In this document: piece by piece, positions 45,679 to 56,140 of the stretch
How the letters are laid out: every line of letters begins with the position of its first letter
Position numbering within the stretch: position 1 is the first letter of the stretch
Source of the DNA: Thermoprotei archaeon
Lineage (GTDB): Archaea; Thermoproteota; Thermoprotei; Thermoproteales; B15-G16
Reading direction: 5' to 3'
Assembly (NCBI GenBank): GCA_003649205.1
Contig: QMRC01000003.1
Coordinates: 81,048-145,047 of the forward strand
DNA: 64,000 nucleotides
Position numbers and translations under genes: made by a program
Notes under the pieces: generated by a model
Told to the model about the DNA's origin: nothing
Seen by the model: the letters and a program-made list of their open reading frames with translations, nothing else
Databases searched by the model: none

Positions 45679-46538
45679 CGTCTTTGGTTCGTAGGTCTAG
45701 ATTAATTCATCTACTAATTGGTAAGGTAATACATGGAGTTCTCATAGCTGTAGTCTTAGTATGGACCTTCTTCCCACTGTACTGGGTTATCGTAACTTCG
45801 TTTAGACCTGAATGGGAAGTGTTAATGTATCCATCACTACCCTATCCTCTTCACCCGACACTCATGAACTACGTTAAGTTGATGGTTGAGGACAAGTTCT
45901 ACATCTACATCCTCAATTCACTAGTGGTCTCACTAGGAGCTACCATCATATCGCTCCTCATTGGTTCTCTAGCAGCTTATGCTCTAGTTAGGATAGGTGT
46001 ACCGCGTTTCGTAGATTCTCTATTCCTTACCTGGGTCTTAGTCGTTAGGATGTTACCACCGATAGTACTCGCAATACCTCTCTTCATGGTACTGAGGACA
46101 CTGGGTTTGATAGATACGAGATTTGGACTCATGATTGCGTACCAAGTCTACACACTACCGTATGTAGTGTGGATTCTACTTGGATTCTTCCGTGAAATAC
46201 CTAGAGAAATTGAGGAGGCTGCACTCATAGATGGTGCATCGAGGGTTAGAGTATGGACATCGATAATACTACCACTAGCATTACCAGGTCTCATAGCTAC
46301 AATGATACTATCTGTCATACTGACATGGAATGAGTTCCTGTATGCACTTGTGTTCATTAATTCACCAGAGAAGTACACAGTTACGGTGAGGGTAGCTACG
46401 TACATCTATGAATTTAAGATTGAGTGGGGTAGGTTAGCAGCTTCAGGACTGACATCAGCGCTACCTGTGCTCTTGCTATCACTATACGTGCAGAAGTACA
46501 TGATACGCGGACTAGCATTTGGTCGTGTACTCAGGTAA
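45675..46538 (+). CDS. ABC sugar permease (MalG/UgpE-like)
   Basis: EAA loop EEAALIDGASRVRVWTSIILPLALPG. It overlaps the previous stop by 4 nt. Confidence 0.85.
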   Translation: MTSLVRRSRLIHLLIGKVIHGVLIAVVLVWTFFPLYWVIVTSFRPEWEVLMYPSLPYPLHPTLMNYVKLMVEDKFYIYILNSLVVSLGATIISLLIGSLAAYALVRIGVPRFVDSLFLTWVLVVRMLPPIVLAIPLFMVLRTLGLIDTRFGLMIAYQVYTLPYVVWILLGFFREIPREIEEAALIDGASRVRVWTSIILPLALPGLIATMILSVILTWNEFLYALVFINSPEKYTVTVRVATYIYEFKIEWGRLAASGLTSALPVLLLSLYVQKYMIRGLAFGRVLR

Positions 46539-46588
46539 TTTAAGACTCGCTGAATTAATTAATCCTCAGAACCAGTACTAGTACGGGT

Positions 46589-46801
46589 GTGAGTATGAAA
46601 GCTAGAGCAGGAGTGAGAGCAGCATTAGCGAGTGGGGCTAACCCAATGGCGAAAGGAGCAGTTAAGGCAGTTAAAGCACAGAAAATCACGAGTACAAAGA
46701 CTAGGGTAGAGAGTACGAAAGCAGAATCAACAGGTACAACTAATATAGCTCAAATAGTTAAGAAGTTCGGAGGAGTAGTCAAGACTAAACCAGATCAGTA
46801 A
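46589..46801 (+). CDS. Doubtful small Ala/Lys-rich ORF in a purine-rich spacer
   Basis: 70 codons with a GTG start and low-complexity sequence. No recognisable family. Confidence 0.2.
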   Translation: MSMKARAGVRAALASGANPMAKGAVKAVKAQKITSTKTRVESTKAESTGTTNIAQIVKKFGGVVKTKPDQ

Positions 46802-46809
46802 ACCAGGGC

Positions 46810-46866
46810 TCCGTGATGAGAAGGAGGTGAGGAATGAGTAGGTGATTGAAGGGGGAGCGACTGATT
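46810..46866 (+). ncRNA. Candidate C/D box sRNA
   Basis: C GUGAUGA (46813-46819), spacer GAAGGAGGUGAG(GA), D' GAAU or AUGA (46834-46837), C' GUGAUUG (46842-46848), 12-nt spacer AAGGGGGAGCGA, D CUGA (46861-46864). Confidence 0.4.
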
Positions 46867-47401
46867 ACTTCTCCCCTACCTCAAATAAGATGGCTTCGTA
46901 AGGACCGACCTTAGTACCCTTCTTAACCCTAGCAACAAGTACCCTATCCTCAATAATCTCATAAGGAACAGCAAGCTCAGCACCTCTAACTCTCCAACCC
47001 TCAGGGAAAAACCATGTAAACTCATAATCATACTCAACAACCTCCTCCTCATAGTAATCCTCGTACTTATTCAAACCAGCCCTAATAGGACCACTAAACT
47101 CAATAATGAAGGTAATGTAAGGTCTAGTCACATCACCACGGAAACTAAGAGTGGTAGAGATGACCTTAGGGTAGGTCCGAACACCATTTATGTAGACCCT
47201 CTCCTCATCGAGAAAGTACTGCATATTTTCCTCAATTCTCGACAGTTCCTCCTCAAGAGAACCTCTCCTCAGTAGCGATAGGTAGTACTTCTCAGGATCA
47301 TAGTAATCAAAGACAACAATTTGAGTTACACGGCCAAGTCTCGACATAATGAAGAAACCCTGAGCATACACAGGTACAACACTCGAAGACACAATAAACA
47401 C
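46865..47401 (-). CDS. Hypothetical protein
   Basis: 178 aa ORF with coding-like composition. The likely start is the internal MSRLGRV. No recognised motif. Confidence 0.45.
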   Translation of the reverse strand: MFIVSSSVVPVYAQGFFIMSRLGRVTQIVVFDYYDPEKYYLSLLRRGSLEEELSRIEENMQYFLDEERVYINGVRTYPKVISTTLSFRGDVTRPYITFIIEFSGPIRAGLNKYEDYYEEEVVEYDYEFTWFFPEGWRVRGAELAVPYEIIEDRVLVARVKKGTKVGPYEAILFEVGEK

Positions 47402-47620
47402 CTCATAGGTAGGATCATGAGTAAAGGATAAGAAGTCTACTCCTTAACCACACAACATTAGCACCGCTGATAAAAACACTAGCTATACCTAGACATAACT
47501 TACGTGGTGTAACACTTATACTATAGCGATAAATCTATTGGTAGAGAAATAAAAATGTGTATAAAGGACTAAAGTCACTGTTATAACAGTAATGAATTTA
47601 AGTAGGTCAGGATATGGTCT

Positions 47621-49024
47621 TTGCTTCAGGTGCTAGATATGGTTATTCACGGATTGAATACGAGTGTTGAGTGGACACTTCTCATGAAGTCACTCATTGC
47701 ATTTGCTGTTGGTGCACTCATAGGGCTTGAGAGAGAGAAGGCTAAGCAGGAAGCTGCCGAGAGTGGCAATACGGAGGATGTCAAGGAGTTTCCAGGTGTT
47801 AGAAGCTTTGGTTTCGTGAGCTTACTCGGTGCCTTGACAATAATAGCGCCCTACTACATGCCTAGCGACATAGCTCAGTACGTACTAATCCCACTAATAC
47901 TACCACCCATCTTCACAATCCTGTTCTTTATAATCCATAGAATGCTCATTCTCAAGGAGAGTGGAATAACAACTCCACTAGCTTTAGGACTAGCCTATGT
48001 CCTTGGGGTTCTTGTTGGTTTAGGTTACGTACTTGAAGCTGTTGCTCTCTCTGTACTAATCACATTCATGCTAGCAGTTAAGCTCCATATAGTTAAAGCG
48101 ATTAGAGGTGTCACGTATAGGGAACTCCTATCAGCTCTTGAGATAGGTATCATAGTCTTCCTACTTGGTCCCTTCCTAGCTAGAGACATCTACGATCCAC
48201 TACTCCACGTAGTCAATTTCAAGACACTCTACATATTCTTCGTGATAATCCTCATCATCTCCTACATAGGCTACATGGTTGTGAAGATGTGTGGTATGAG
48301 AGCATTGACCTACTTCGCATTCTTTGGAGGTCTAGTACACAGTGAAGCAACTACAATAAACCTAATTGTACTAGGTCAGAAATTAGGTTTCAGGAATGCA
48401 GTTAGCAACCTAGTGCTAGGTGGTATCCTCTCAGCTAATCTAGCTATGGTGATACGAAATCTACTCATATTCACATTCCTCAGATACACGATGGCTATAA
48501 CAGCAGAGATTAGTAGGTACACAGTACTAACTATGTTAGCACTACTAGCAACAGCACTCGCACTCTACATACCAATTAAACTCAAACTAATTCAGAGCAA
48601 ACCACAGGTAAGCACCAATATGAATATCCGTGGTGAAGAGGTACCATCACTAACCTCACCAATAAACTATAGAGCAGCAATCAAGTACTGCCTACTATTC
48701 GCAGCAATTCTCGTCATGACGACTCTAGCAACAATGTACTTCAGCGATAAAGGACTACTAACACTATCGATCCTAGGTGGATTAGTTAGCTCTGAAGCAA
48801 TGATATTCTCAGCACTATCACTACTGCAGGTAGGTCTAGCAAGTGAGAAGGTCGTAAGCATAAGCGTCATGCTGACAACACTAGCAGCAATACTGAACAA
48901 GCTACTCTATGCAGTAGCTAGCAAGGTACCCAGAGCCCTGGTAGTGAGGCTACTTATGTACCTACTCATAGCTACATCACCACTATTAATAGCAGCATTA
49001 ATCCTAATATTTGGAGCTCTTTAA
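47621..49024 (+). CDS. MgtC/SapB-family membrane protein with a DUF4010-like C-terminal half
   Basis: LIAFAVGALIGLEREKA is the MgtC N-terminal signature. Long polytopic 467 aa protein. Confidence 0.65.
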   Translation: MLQVLDMVIHGLNTSVEWTLLMKSLIAFAVGALIGLEREKAKQEAAESGNTEDVKEFPGVRSFGFVSLLGALTIIAPYYMPSDIAQYVLIPLILPPIFTILFFIIHRMLILKESGITTPLALGLAYVLGVLVGLGYVLEAVALSVLITFMLAVKLHIVKAIRGVTYRELLSALEIGIIVFLLGPFLARDIYDPLLHVVNFKTLYIFFVIILIISYIGYMVVKMCGMRALTYFAFFGGLVHSEATTINLIVLGQKLGFRNAVSNLVLGGILSANLAMVIRNLLIFTFLRYTMAITAEISRYTVLTMLALLATALALYIPIKLKLIQSKPQVSTNMNIRGEEVPSLTSPINYRAAIKYCLLFAAILVMTTLATMYFSDKGLLTLSILGGLVSSEAMIFSALSLLQVGLASEKVVSISVMLTTLAAILNKLLYAVASKVPRALVVRLLMYLLIATSPLLIAALILIFGAL

Positions 49025-50281
49025 CCTAAACCTCCACATGTGAAGTAGGAGACATGAGAAGAGAACTAAAGTAGATACAAAGAGAGCTAACACAAGAGTA
49101 AAAATACAGAGATCAGTAGAAGTACTAAGAAATCTAATAGATATAGTCACAAGACCAAGAACATCGTAGAGATAACCAGCAGAAACAGCACCAAGAGCAG
49201 CACCTAAATTAGTAACAGAATTAACGAGACCAATAGCAACACCTCTAGACCTAAAGTACGTAGTAGCAAATTTCCTAGACAAAGGTGTTAGAGACCTCAA
49301 ACTACTCGACAAGAGAAGGAAACCAAGGAATACAAGAGACACATTAGAGACAGCAAGAAGTAGGGAACCAGCAACTAGGAGTAGAGAACATAGGTATAGA
49401 GCAAGTAAGTCAGAAAATCTATCACCCAACCAAGCAATACCATAGCTAACAGCAAGGGAAATCAATGAAACAATAGCTAGAAACCTAGCAACAACCCCCA
49501 TAGATAAACCTGTGAACTCACATAAGTACACATAACCCAGCTCACCACCAACAATAGAGAAGTAGAGACGAACAACAAAGAGCAAAGTAAAGAGAGGAAA
49601 ACCAAACCTCAAAACACGTAATACAGATGAGAGACCGCGAAGAACGTTAGCACTGGGAATACCAGTAATCGTAGCTCTCGAAGGTAGGAGTAGAGATAAG
49701 ATAGCACAAACACAGTACATGCAGAAAGCAACAAAACAAATCCATAATAGGGAAAAGCTAGAGAGCACAGAGTACAGGTAATTTCCTAAGGAAAAACCAA
49801 GAGAACCAAGCATAAAGTAGATAGCGAAAACCCTACCCCTAAACTCCTTAGGAACAGAAAGCCCAAGAAGGAGCTGAACAGTAACCCAAGCAAAACCACT
49901 TAGGAGACCCTGCACAAACCTAAGAACAAGGACGAGATGTATGGAGCCAGCAAAGGCAAATAGCAGGGAAACTAAAGCAAATAGAGAGAAAGCAATGAAC
50001 ACAACTACATTCAACCTACCATAAACCTCACATAATTTACCAACCAGGACAGAGGAGATAGACCTAGCAACGAAAAAGAGAACAGTCAAGAGAGCAAGCG
50101 CAAGAGCAGAGACACCGAAGACGTACCTACACAGGTATGAGATAGCAGGAATTAGCAACCTAAAACCAGAAGTACCAATTAGAGCAAGCGCAAAACACAG
50201 AGCAACAACACTCCACCTTAAGGACAAGGCAACCCCCAAAAGCAACCACAATACAGATATATAAGCGAAGTCCCCCGCCAA
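49004..50281 (-). CDS. MFS transporter
   Basis: 425 aa, about 12 TM, with an inter-helix GKLCEVYGR segment (MFS loop 2-3 like). Confidence 0.65.
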   Translation of the reverse strand: MAGDFAYISVLWLLLGVALSLRWSVVALCFALALIGTSGFRLLIPAISYLCRYVFGVSALALALLTVLFFVARSISSVLVGKLCEVYGRLNVVVFIAFSLFALVSLLFAFAGSIHLVLVLRFVQGLLSGFAWVTVQLLLGLSVPKEFRGRVFAIYFMLGSLGFSLGNYLYSVLSSFSLLWICFVAFCMYCVCAILSLLLPSRATITGIPSANVLRGLSSVLRVLRFGFPLFTLLFVVRLYFSIVGGELGYVYLCEFTGLSMGVVARFLAIVSLISLAVSYGIAWLGDRFSDLLALYLCSLLLVAGSLLLAVSNVSLVFLGFLLLSSSLRSLTPLSRKFATTYFRSRGVAIGLVNSVTNLGAALGAVSAGYLYDVLGLVTISIRFLSTSTDLCIFTLVLALFVSTLVLFSCLLLHMWRFRLKSSKY

Positions 50282-50418
50282 AACTCTAGTAACCTACATA
50301 GACATACAAAGGATATATGTTCATGAGTTAGCAAATTAATGTGAATATATAAGGTACTAAGCCTCTTATCTTCCCTATATCGTATATTCGGGATAGAAAA
50401 GTTTTAAATAGGGCTATT

Positions 50419-51963
50419 GTGTCTTATAGCACGAGGGTCATTAATATGGCTGAGAAGAGAGCATTAACCTTAGCGATAGTACTTCTCATAGTTGGCTTAG
50501 TAATTGGTATAGCAATTGGCTACTACGCCATACCAAGACCAGCACCACCAGCTCCACCCACACCGCCACCTCCCACTGGTATTCCACCTGAAGAGTATGA
50601 GAAATTGAAGAAGGAGTACGAGAAACTGAAGAGTGAGCTAGAGGAACTGAAGAAAGGTGTCACCATTGAGTTAAGGGTTTGGGGTGCTGGTGACCCAGCA
50701 TCAGTAACTAGAGTTAATAATCCAGAGGCTGCTGCAAAGCTACTGACAGAGTTACTGAAGACACTCGGTATTACAGCTGAAGTTAAGGTTGTTGAGAAGT
50801 ACTACCACAGAGGTCCATGGGCTGAGTACGAGAAGAAGATTTACTTAGCTTATGAGGCGGGTAAGCTACCAGACATAATTGCTGTAGGTCACGAGTGGAT
50901 ACCAATGCTAGCGGAGAAGGGAATTATAATACCACTGGATGAGTATGTGGAGAAGTACTGGGACCTCGCATTCTACGACATACCAAAACCACTGTGGGAA
51001 GCTGTAACCTACAAGGGACACATATGGGCAATACCACAGGATACAGAAGCTAGACCAGTCTACGTTTGGAAGCCAGCACTTAAAGCACTTGGGTGGACAG
51101 ACGAGGAGATAGCTGCACTACCAGAGAAGGTGAAGAGCGGAGAATTCACACTAGACGACATGCTAGAGCTAGCTAAGAAAGCAGTTGAGAAGGGATTGGT
51201 TAAGTACGGTATACTACATAGACCAACACCTGGTGGAGAGCTGTGGCAGATCTACCTAGCTTACGGTGGTAAGTTATGGGATCCAGCAACAGGTAAGATG
51301 GTGCTGAAGAAGGGCGCAATGCTGAAGGCCTTGGAGTGGTTCTATAAGGGTGCACAGGTCTACAAGGTGATACCGTCAGACATGACAACGTGGTCCTGGA
51401 GATCCATACACACAGCAGTTGTCTCAGGACAGACATTATTCTGGTTCGGTGGTACATGGCACTGGGCTGAGTGGCAAAAAGTACCATACCACCCCAAGCT
51501 AGGTAAGGTACCTGAGTCATACCTGTGGGAGAACTTCATATTCATGCTAGTACCAAGTGGATACAAGGGTGGAAAACCAGTAACACTATCACACCCATTC
51601 GTCTACGTCATAACTAGCCAGAGCAAGCACCCAGAAGTAGCTGCACTAATACTAGCACTAGTAACGCAACCAGAATTCGATGTAAAGCACGCTGTTGGCA
51701 GTGCACACATACCCGTTAGAAAGGCAAGCCTAGAGCACCCAGAGATGAAGAAAGCTAAGTTCCTAAGCGATGTAGCATACATGCTAGACTACACGACATT
51801 CGAGCCAATGCACCCACTATGGAGCAAGTACAAGAAGATAATCTTTGACGCTATTGCAGCTGTTGAGATGGGTAAGATGAAGCCAGATGAGGCACTAAAG
51901 TTCATGATAGACTCAATAAAGGCAGATCCAGAGCTAGCTAAAGAAGTCGTGATCACGGAGTAA
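50419..51963 (+). CDS. ABC transporter extracellular solute-binding protein, family 1
   Basis: N-terminal TM anchor, Pro-rich linker PAPPAPPTPPPPTG, coiled EYEKLKKEYEKLKSELEELKK, then an SBP_bac_1-like body. Confidence 0.8.
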   Translation: MSYSTRVINMAEKRALTLAIVLLIVGLVIGIAIGYYAIPRPAPPAPPTPPPPTGIPPEEYEKLKKEYEKLKSELEELKKGVTIELRVWGAGDPASVTRVNNPEAAAKLLTELLKTLGITAEVKVVEKYYHRGPWAEYEKKIYLAYEAGKLPDIIAVGHEWIPMLAEKGIIIPLDEYVEKYWDLAFYDIPKPLWEAVTYKGHIWAIPQDTEARPVYVWKPALKALGWTDEEIAALPEKVKSGEFTLDDMLELAKKAVEKGLVKYGILHRPTPGGELWQIYLAYGGKLWDPATGKMVLKKGAMLKALEWFYKGAQVYKVIPSDMTTWSWRSIHTAVVSGQTLFWFGGTWHWAEWQKVPYHPKLGKVPESYLWENFIFMLVPSGYKGGKPVTLSHPFVYVITSQSKHPEVAALILALVTQPEFDVKHAVGSAHIPVRKASLEHPEMKKAKFLSDVAYMLDYTTFEPMHPLWSKYKKIIFDAIAAVEMGKMKPDEALKFMIDSIKADPELAKEVVITE

Positions 51964-52282
51964 ACTCCCTATTTTCTCCCCCTCTACCTCCCTTAGCATC
52001 TAAATCTCTAAGTTCCTCAAGCTTTCTTTTCAGAAGAACAAAATCCTCTATAATACTCTCAACAATACCTACAACGTAGTCGTACACGTGAACACGTACA
52101 GTACCTAGGTCTACACCCGTTCTTGTGGAAACTATTTGAGCTACCTTCTCCACTACCGTCTTAACACCATCTATGTCCCTATTCAGGATTGCAGTGAGTA
52201 AGTAGTCGTAGGTATCGCCATTAAATACCTCGTCGATTACCTCGATTATATTGCTTAGCCTAGCTACTCGTACTTCTGTCAT
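51953..52282 (-). CDS. Hypothetical protein (antisense-oriented insert between the SBP and permease genes)
   Basis: 109 aa ORF with no recognised motif. Confidence 0.35.
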   Translation of the reverse strand: MTEVRVARLSNIIEVIDEVFNGDTYDYLLTAILNRDIDGVKTVVEKVAQIVSTRTGVDLGTVRVHVYDYVVGIVESIIEDFVLLKRKLEELRDLDAKGGRGGENREFTP

Positions 52283-52440
52283 GAGAGAATCACCCGTAGT
52301 ACTTAGGAGAGAAAAGTAATTTTAGGAGATCAATACTGAGACCAGATCATTCACTGATCGTACACTTTCACCAGTTTCTTAACTAGCTAAAGTAGTAGGG
52401 ATTAATGAATAGGTATAAGTAACTCGCTTTATACATCAAT

Positions 52441-53430
52441 ATGTCTAAAAGGAAATTCTTTTTTACCCTACCTGCACAATTACCCCTGATGTCCTCTAGA
52501 AGGCTACATCGTTCAAGGAGTAAACTGAGCCCTAGAGCTAGGAAGTTCCTACTACTTACCATCTTCCTAGGCCCATGTATTGTCATGATTGCTCTCTTTT
52601 GGTTTGGTCCTGTATTCCTAACTGTCTTTCTCTCGTTTACGGACATGAGTATTAGGAGAGCTGAGTGGCATTGGGTTGGTCTTGAGAATTACTTCAACAT
52701 AGGTAAGCATCCATTTACGATGAAGGTTGTTGTGAATACTGCAATCTACGTTTCCTGTACGTTGCTGTGGAATGTCTTCGTTGGTCTTCTCCTTGCTCTA
52801 CTCACTTACTACATGGATGAGAGGAGTGCTCTCTTCTATAGGGCTCTCTGGCTACTACCGCGATCCTCACCACCAGTTGTCTATGGTCTACTGTGGTTAT
52901 GGGTACTTGACCCAACTGAGTATGGTTTACTCAATCAATTTGTTCTCGCTCTTGGTCTCAGCGATAAGCCAATTAACTGGTTGATGGAGTACCCCATGCT
53001 CTTCATAATACTCATCAACGGCTTCGTTGGTTGTTCATTCGGTATGATTGTGTTCTCATCAGCTCTCAAGTCAATACCTAGAGACTACATAATCGCTGCT
53101 CGTGTTGATGGTGCTTCTGAGTGGAGAATAATTAAGGACATAATCCTACCACTGCTGAAGTGGCCACTCATGTTTGTTACAGCGTGGCAGACGCTAAGTC
53201 TCCTAGCATCTTACGAGTACATCCTGATAGTGACCAATGGTGGCCCATTCTATGCTACAGAGGTTTGGTCGCTATTTGCATACCACCAAGCATTTGAACA
53301 TCTTGAGCTAGGTTTTGGCGCTGCACTAGCTATGGTGCTGGTCATTGTTTCGATTATATGTGTTGTCGCTTACATGAAGGTGTTCAAGTTCAGGAGGATG
53401 ATATCGCCTGCAAAGATTGAGATTGCTTAG
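52441..53430 (+). CDS. ABC sugar permease (MalF/UgpA-like)
   Basis: EAA loop IIAARVDGASEWRIIKDIILPLLKWP. An alternative start is ATG at 52489. Confidence 0.8.
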   Translation: MSKRKFFFTLPAQLPLMSSRRLHRSRSKLSPRARKFLLLTIFLGPCIVMIALFWFGPVFLTVFLSFTDMSIRRAEWHWVGLENYFNIGKHPFTMKVVVNTAIYVSCTLLWNVFVGLLLALLTYYMDERSALFYRALWLLPRSSPPVVYGLLWLWVLDPTEYGLLNQFVLALGLSDKPINWLMEYPMLFIILINGFVGCSFGMIVFSSALKSIPRDYIIAARVDGASEWRIIKDIILPLLKWPLMFVTAWQTLSLLASYEYILIVTNGGPFYATEVWSLFAYHQAFEHLELGFGAALAMVLVIVSIICVVAYMKVFKFRRMISPAKIEIA

Positions 53431-53441
53431 GGGGTGATGCC

Positions 53442-54326
53442 ATGTATAGGGGTAGGAGATCGGTAGTGAATCCGTACTCGTATAGAATTAAGAGAGCATT
53501 GATGAAGGCTGTGATATATGGTGTTATGACTGCTGCTACGATACCACTCATAATGATGTACCTATGGCTCTTCATGCAGTCAATCAGTGATAGGGTACTA
53601 GTTGGTTTCATACCGACAAACTTCTCGATCAGGGGCTGGAGATTCTTATGGCAGGAGATCAAGTTTGGTGAAGTCACTATACCGATGATATGGCCTATAG
53701 CACTGAACTCACTAATCATAGCAGGTGGTGTTACGGTCTTTGAGGTATCGATTGCTCTACTAGCTGGTTATGCTCTCTCAAGAATAGAGTTCCCACTTAG
53801 AGACAAGATGCTACTCCTCATAATAGCACTACACGCCTTCCCTGGTATCACACTTCTCATAGCTACATTCTACCTACTCCACCTAATGGGTCTGATCAAT
53901 ACGCTATTTGGCGTCATAATTGCTAAGGCAGCATTCGAAATACCTATGGCGGCTTGGTTGATTAAGGGATTCTTTGACGCAATACCATGGGATGTCGAGG
54001 CATCAGCTCTCGTAGATGGATGTAGTAGGTTACAGGCCTGGAGGAAGGTAATTCTACCTCTGGTCAAGCCAGGTATAGCTGCTGTATCGATCTTTGCATT
54101 TCTAGCAGGCTGGAATGAGTTCATATTCGCATACACATTCCTCTTCGATCCCAACCTCTTCCCACTATCAGTTCACGTACTCAACCTAATTGGTGAGTTT
54201 AGGTACGTAGACTACTCACTACTAGCAGCAACAGCACTATTCTACTGTATACCACCCTTAGTCTTCTTCGTCTTAACTCAGAAGTATCTCATGCAGGTTC
54301 AGGTTGGTGGTGTTAAGGGTGCTTAA
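53442..54326 (+). CDS. ABC sugar permease (MalG/UgpE-like)
   Basis: EAA loop VEASALVDGCSRLQAWRKVILPLVKPG. Confidence 0.8.
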   Translation: MYRGRRSVVNPYSYRIKRALMKAVIYGVMTAATIPLIMMYLWLFMQSISDRVLVGFIPTNFSIRGWRFLWQEIKFGEVTIPMIWPIALNSLIIAGGVTVFEVSIALLAGYALSRIEFPLRDKMLLLIIALHAFPGITLLIATFYLLHLMGLINTLFGVIIAKAAFEIPMAAWLIKGFFDAIPWDVEASALVDGCSRLQAWRKVILPLVKPGIAAVSIFAFLAGWNEFIFAYTFLFDPNLFPLSVHVLNLIGEFRYVDYSLLAATALFYCIPPLVFFVLTQKYLMQVQVGGVKGA

Positions 54327-54334
54327 TCTAGGAG

Positions 54335-55441
54335 GTGAGGTATGTGGTTAGTGTGAGGTTAGTTGATCTCTGTAAGTACTTCGGTAGTGTTAAGGCTGTA
54401 GATGGTTTAAACCTAGAGATTAAGGATGGTGAATTCGTTGTATTGCTAGGTCCCTCTGGTTGTGGTAAGACAACAACTCTCTTCTGTATAGCTGGCATCT
54501 ACAAACCGACTAAGGGTAGGATATACTTCGATGAGATTGATGTAACAGACTGGCCTCCTAAGGACCGGAACATAGGTATGGTCTTTCAGAGCTATGCACT
54601 GTACCCACACATGACCGTGTTTGACAACATAGCGTTTCCACTGAAGTTAAAGAAGTTACCTAAGCAGGAGATCGCTAGGAGGGTTAGGGAAGTTGCTAAG
54701 ATGCTTCAGATAGATCACCTACTGGATAGGTACCCAGCACAGCTCTCTGGTGGTCAGCAGCAGAGAGTAGCACTAGCAAGAGCACTTGTGAAGCAACCTG
54801 ATGTCTTCCTCCTAGACGAGCCACTTAGCAACCTAGATGCTAAGTTGAGGATACTTATGAGAGCTGAGTTGAAGAGACTTCAGAAGGAGCTCAAGATAAC
54901 TACTGTCTACGTAACGCACGACCAAGCAGAAGCTATGACCTTAGCTGACAGGATTGCAGTCATGAATGAGGGTAAGCTACAGCAGTATGGCCCACCTGAT
55001 GAGATCTACAATAGACCAGCGAATGTGTTCGTTGCTGGATTCATAGGTGCACCACCAATGAACTTACTCGATTGCTCACTGGTGGAGAGAGATGGTAGGT
55101 ATGTACTTGACTTCACGTCATTTGAGATAGAGCTACCTAGAGAGCTAGGTGAAGTCGTTAGGTCTAGAGCTAGTAGTAGCGAGGTAGTGTTCGGTGTTAG
55201 ACCAGAAGACCTCAAGATAAGTAAGGGACCAGCTACATCAGCTATCAAGGGTGTAGTGTACGTTACAGAACCACTTGGTAGGGAGGTCATAGTCAACGTC
55301 AGGATTGGTGATCACATAATTAAGGTCATTGAATCCGCATCAACAGCCTCAGAAATTGCAGCAGGTCAAGAAGTATGGGTCGTACTTGACTTCAACAGGG
55401 TACACATATTCGATAGGAAAACAGGCAAACTAGTTGTATAA
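54335..55441 (+). CDS. ABC transporter ATP-binding protein, MalK/UgpC type
   Basis: GPSGCGKTT, LSGGQQQRVALARAL, FLLDEPLSNLDA, and a C-terminal TOBE-like regulatory domain. Confidence 0.9.
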   Translation: MRYVVSVRLVDLCKYFGSVKAVDGLNLEIKDGEFVVLLGPSGCGKTTTLFCIAGIYKPTKGRIYFDEIDVTDWPPKDRNIGMVFQSYALYPHMTVFDNIAFPLKLKKLPKQEIARRVREVAKMLQIDHLLDRYPAQLSGGQQQRVALARALVKQPDVFLLDEPLSNLDAKLRILMRAELKRLQKELKITTVYVTHDQAEAMTLADRIAVMNEGKLQQYGPPDEIYNRPANVFVAGFIGAPPMNLLDCSLVERDGRYVLDFTSFEIELPRELGEVVRSRASSSEVVFGVRPEDLKISKGPATSAIKGVVYVTEPLGREVIVNVRIGDHIIKVIESASTASEIAAGQEVWVVLDFNRVHIFDRKTGKLVV

Positions 55442-55443
55442 GT

Positions 55444-56100
55444 ATGTTGAAACCACTAGTGATAGCTCATGCGTGTAACTCACTCGGTAGGGTAGCAAAG
55501 TGTATCTCACAGGGTGCTAATGTCATTGAGATTGATGTATATTCGTACGGTGGAGAGTTAATTGCGTACCACCCACCAGATCCAGTAGTTCCAGTATCTA
55601 GAGTTAAGAGGTTCATAGAGTCAATTAGGTACAGCGTAAAGCGATCTAGAGCACCTAAGCTGAGGGACTTACTAAGTGAAGTGTTGAAGTACCCTATCGG
55701 TATCTGGCTAGACCTCAAGGTACCAAGGATAGAGGATTCAGTGTGTAAGTTAGTTATGGAGTTGGGTATCTCAGATGAGAGACTCTACTTCTCATCAGCT
55801 TACCACTACTCGCTAAGAGTAATCAAGGAGCTACTACCTAAGTCACGGACATTTATTAGTCTCAGTGAGAGACCTGTCGACCCATACTACGTAGCTAAGT
55901 GTGCTCAGGCGGATGGTGTATCTATAAGGATTGACTTTCTAGATCGAGAACTAGTTGAGCAACTACATACACACGGTATAAAGGTCGTTGTGTGGACTCT
56001 AAATGATGAGGGTCAGATCATCAATGCGGTGAAGCTAGGTGTTGACGGTATCGTTACCGACATTCCAGAGCTGGTGAAAAGGCTCTTAAGTGGGTACTGA
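55444..56100 (+). CDS. Glycerophosphodiester phosphodiesterase (GDPD)-fold protein with an atypical N-terminal motif
   Basis: C-terminus VVVWTLNDEGQIINAVKLGVDGIVTDIPE is classic GDPD. The N-terminus reads VIAHACNS...IEIDV...LIAYHP instead of HRG...E-D...HD. Confidence 0.6.
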   Translation: MLKPLVIAHACNSLGRVAKCISQGANVIEIDVYSYGGELIAYHPPDPVVPVSRVKRFIESIRYSVKRSRAPKLRDLLSEVLKYPIGIWLDLKVPRIEDSVCKLVMELGISDERLYFSSAYHYSLRVIKELLPKSRTFISLSERPVDPYYVAKCAQADGVSIRIDFLDRELVEQLHTHGIKVVVWTLNDEGQIINAVKLGVDGIVTDIPELVKRLLSGY

Positions 56101-56140
56101 TTTATCTTCATCAAGTACGTACTCTACTCGAGGTGGGTAC

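Noticed and set aside
46820-46833. GGAGGTGA as a Shine-Dalgarno site for a missed gene
   Set aside because: No start codon or ORF follows on the + strand. The string sits inside the candidate sRNA spacer instead.
47402-47470. C/D-like arrangement (AUCAUGA ... CUGA) in the spacer before the MgtC-like gene
   Set aside because: The essential G at C-box position 3 is missing, and no C'/D' pair exists at the proper spacing.
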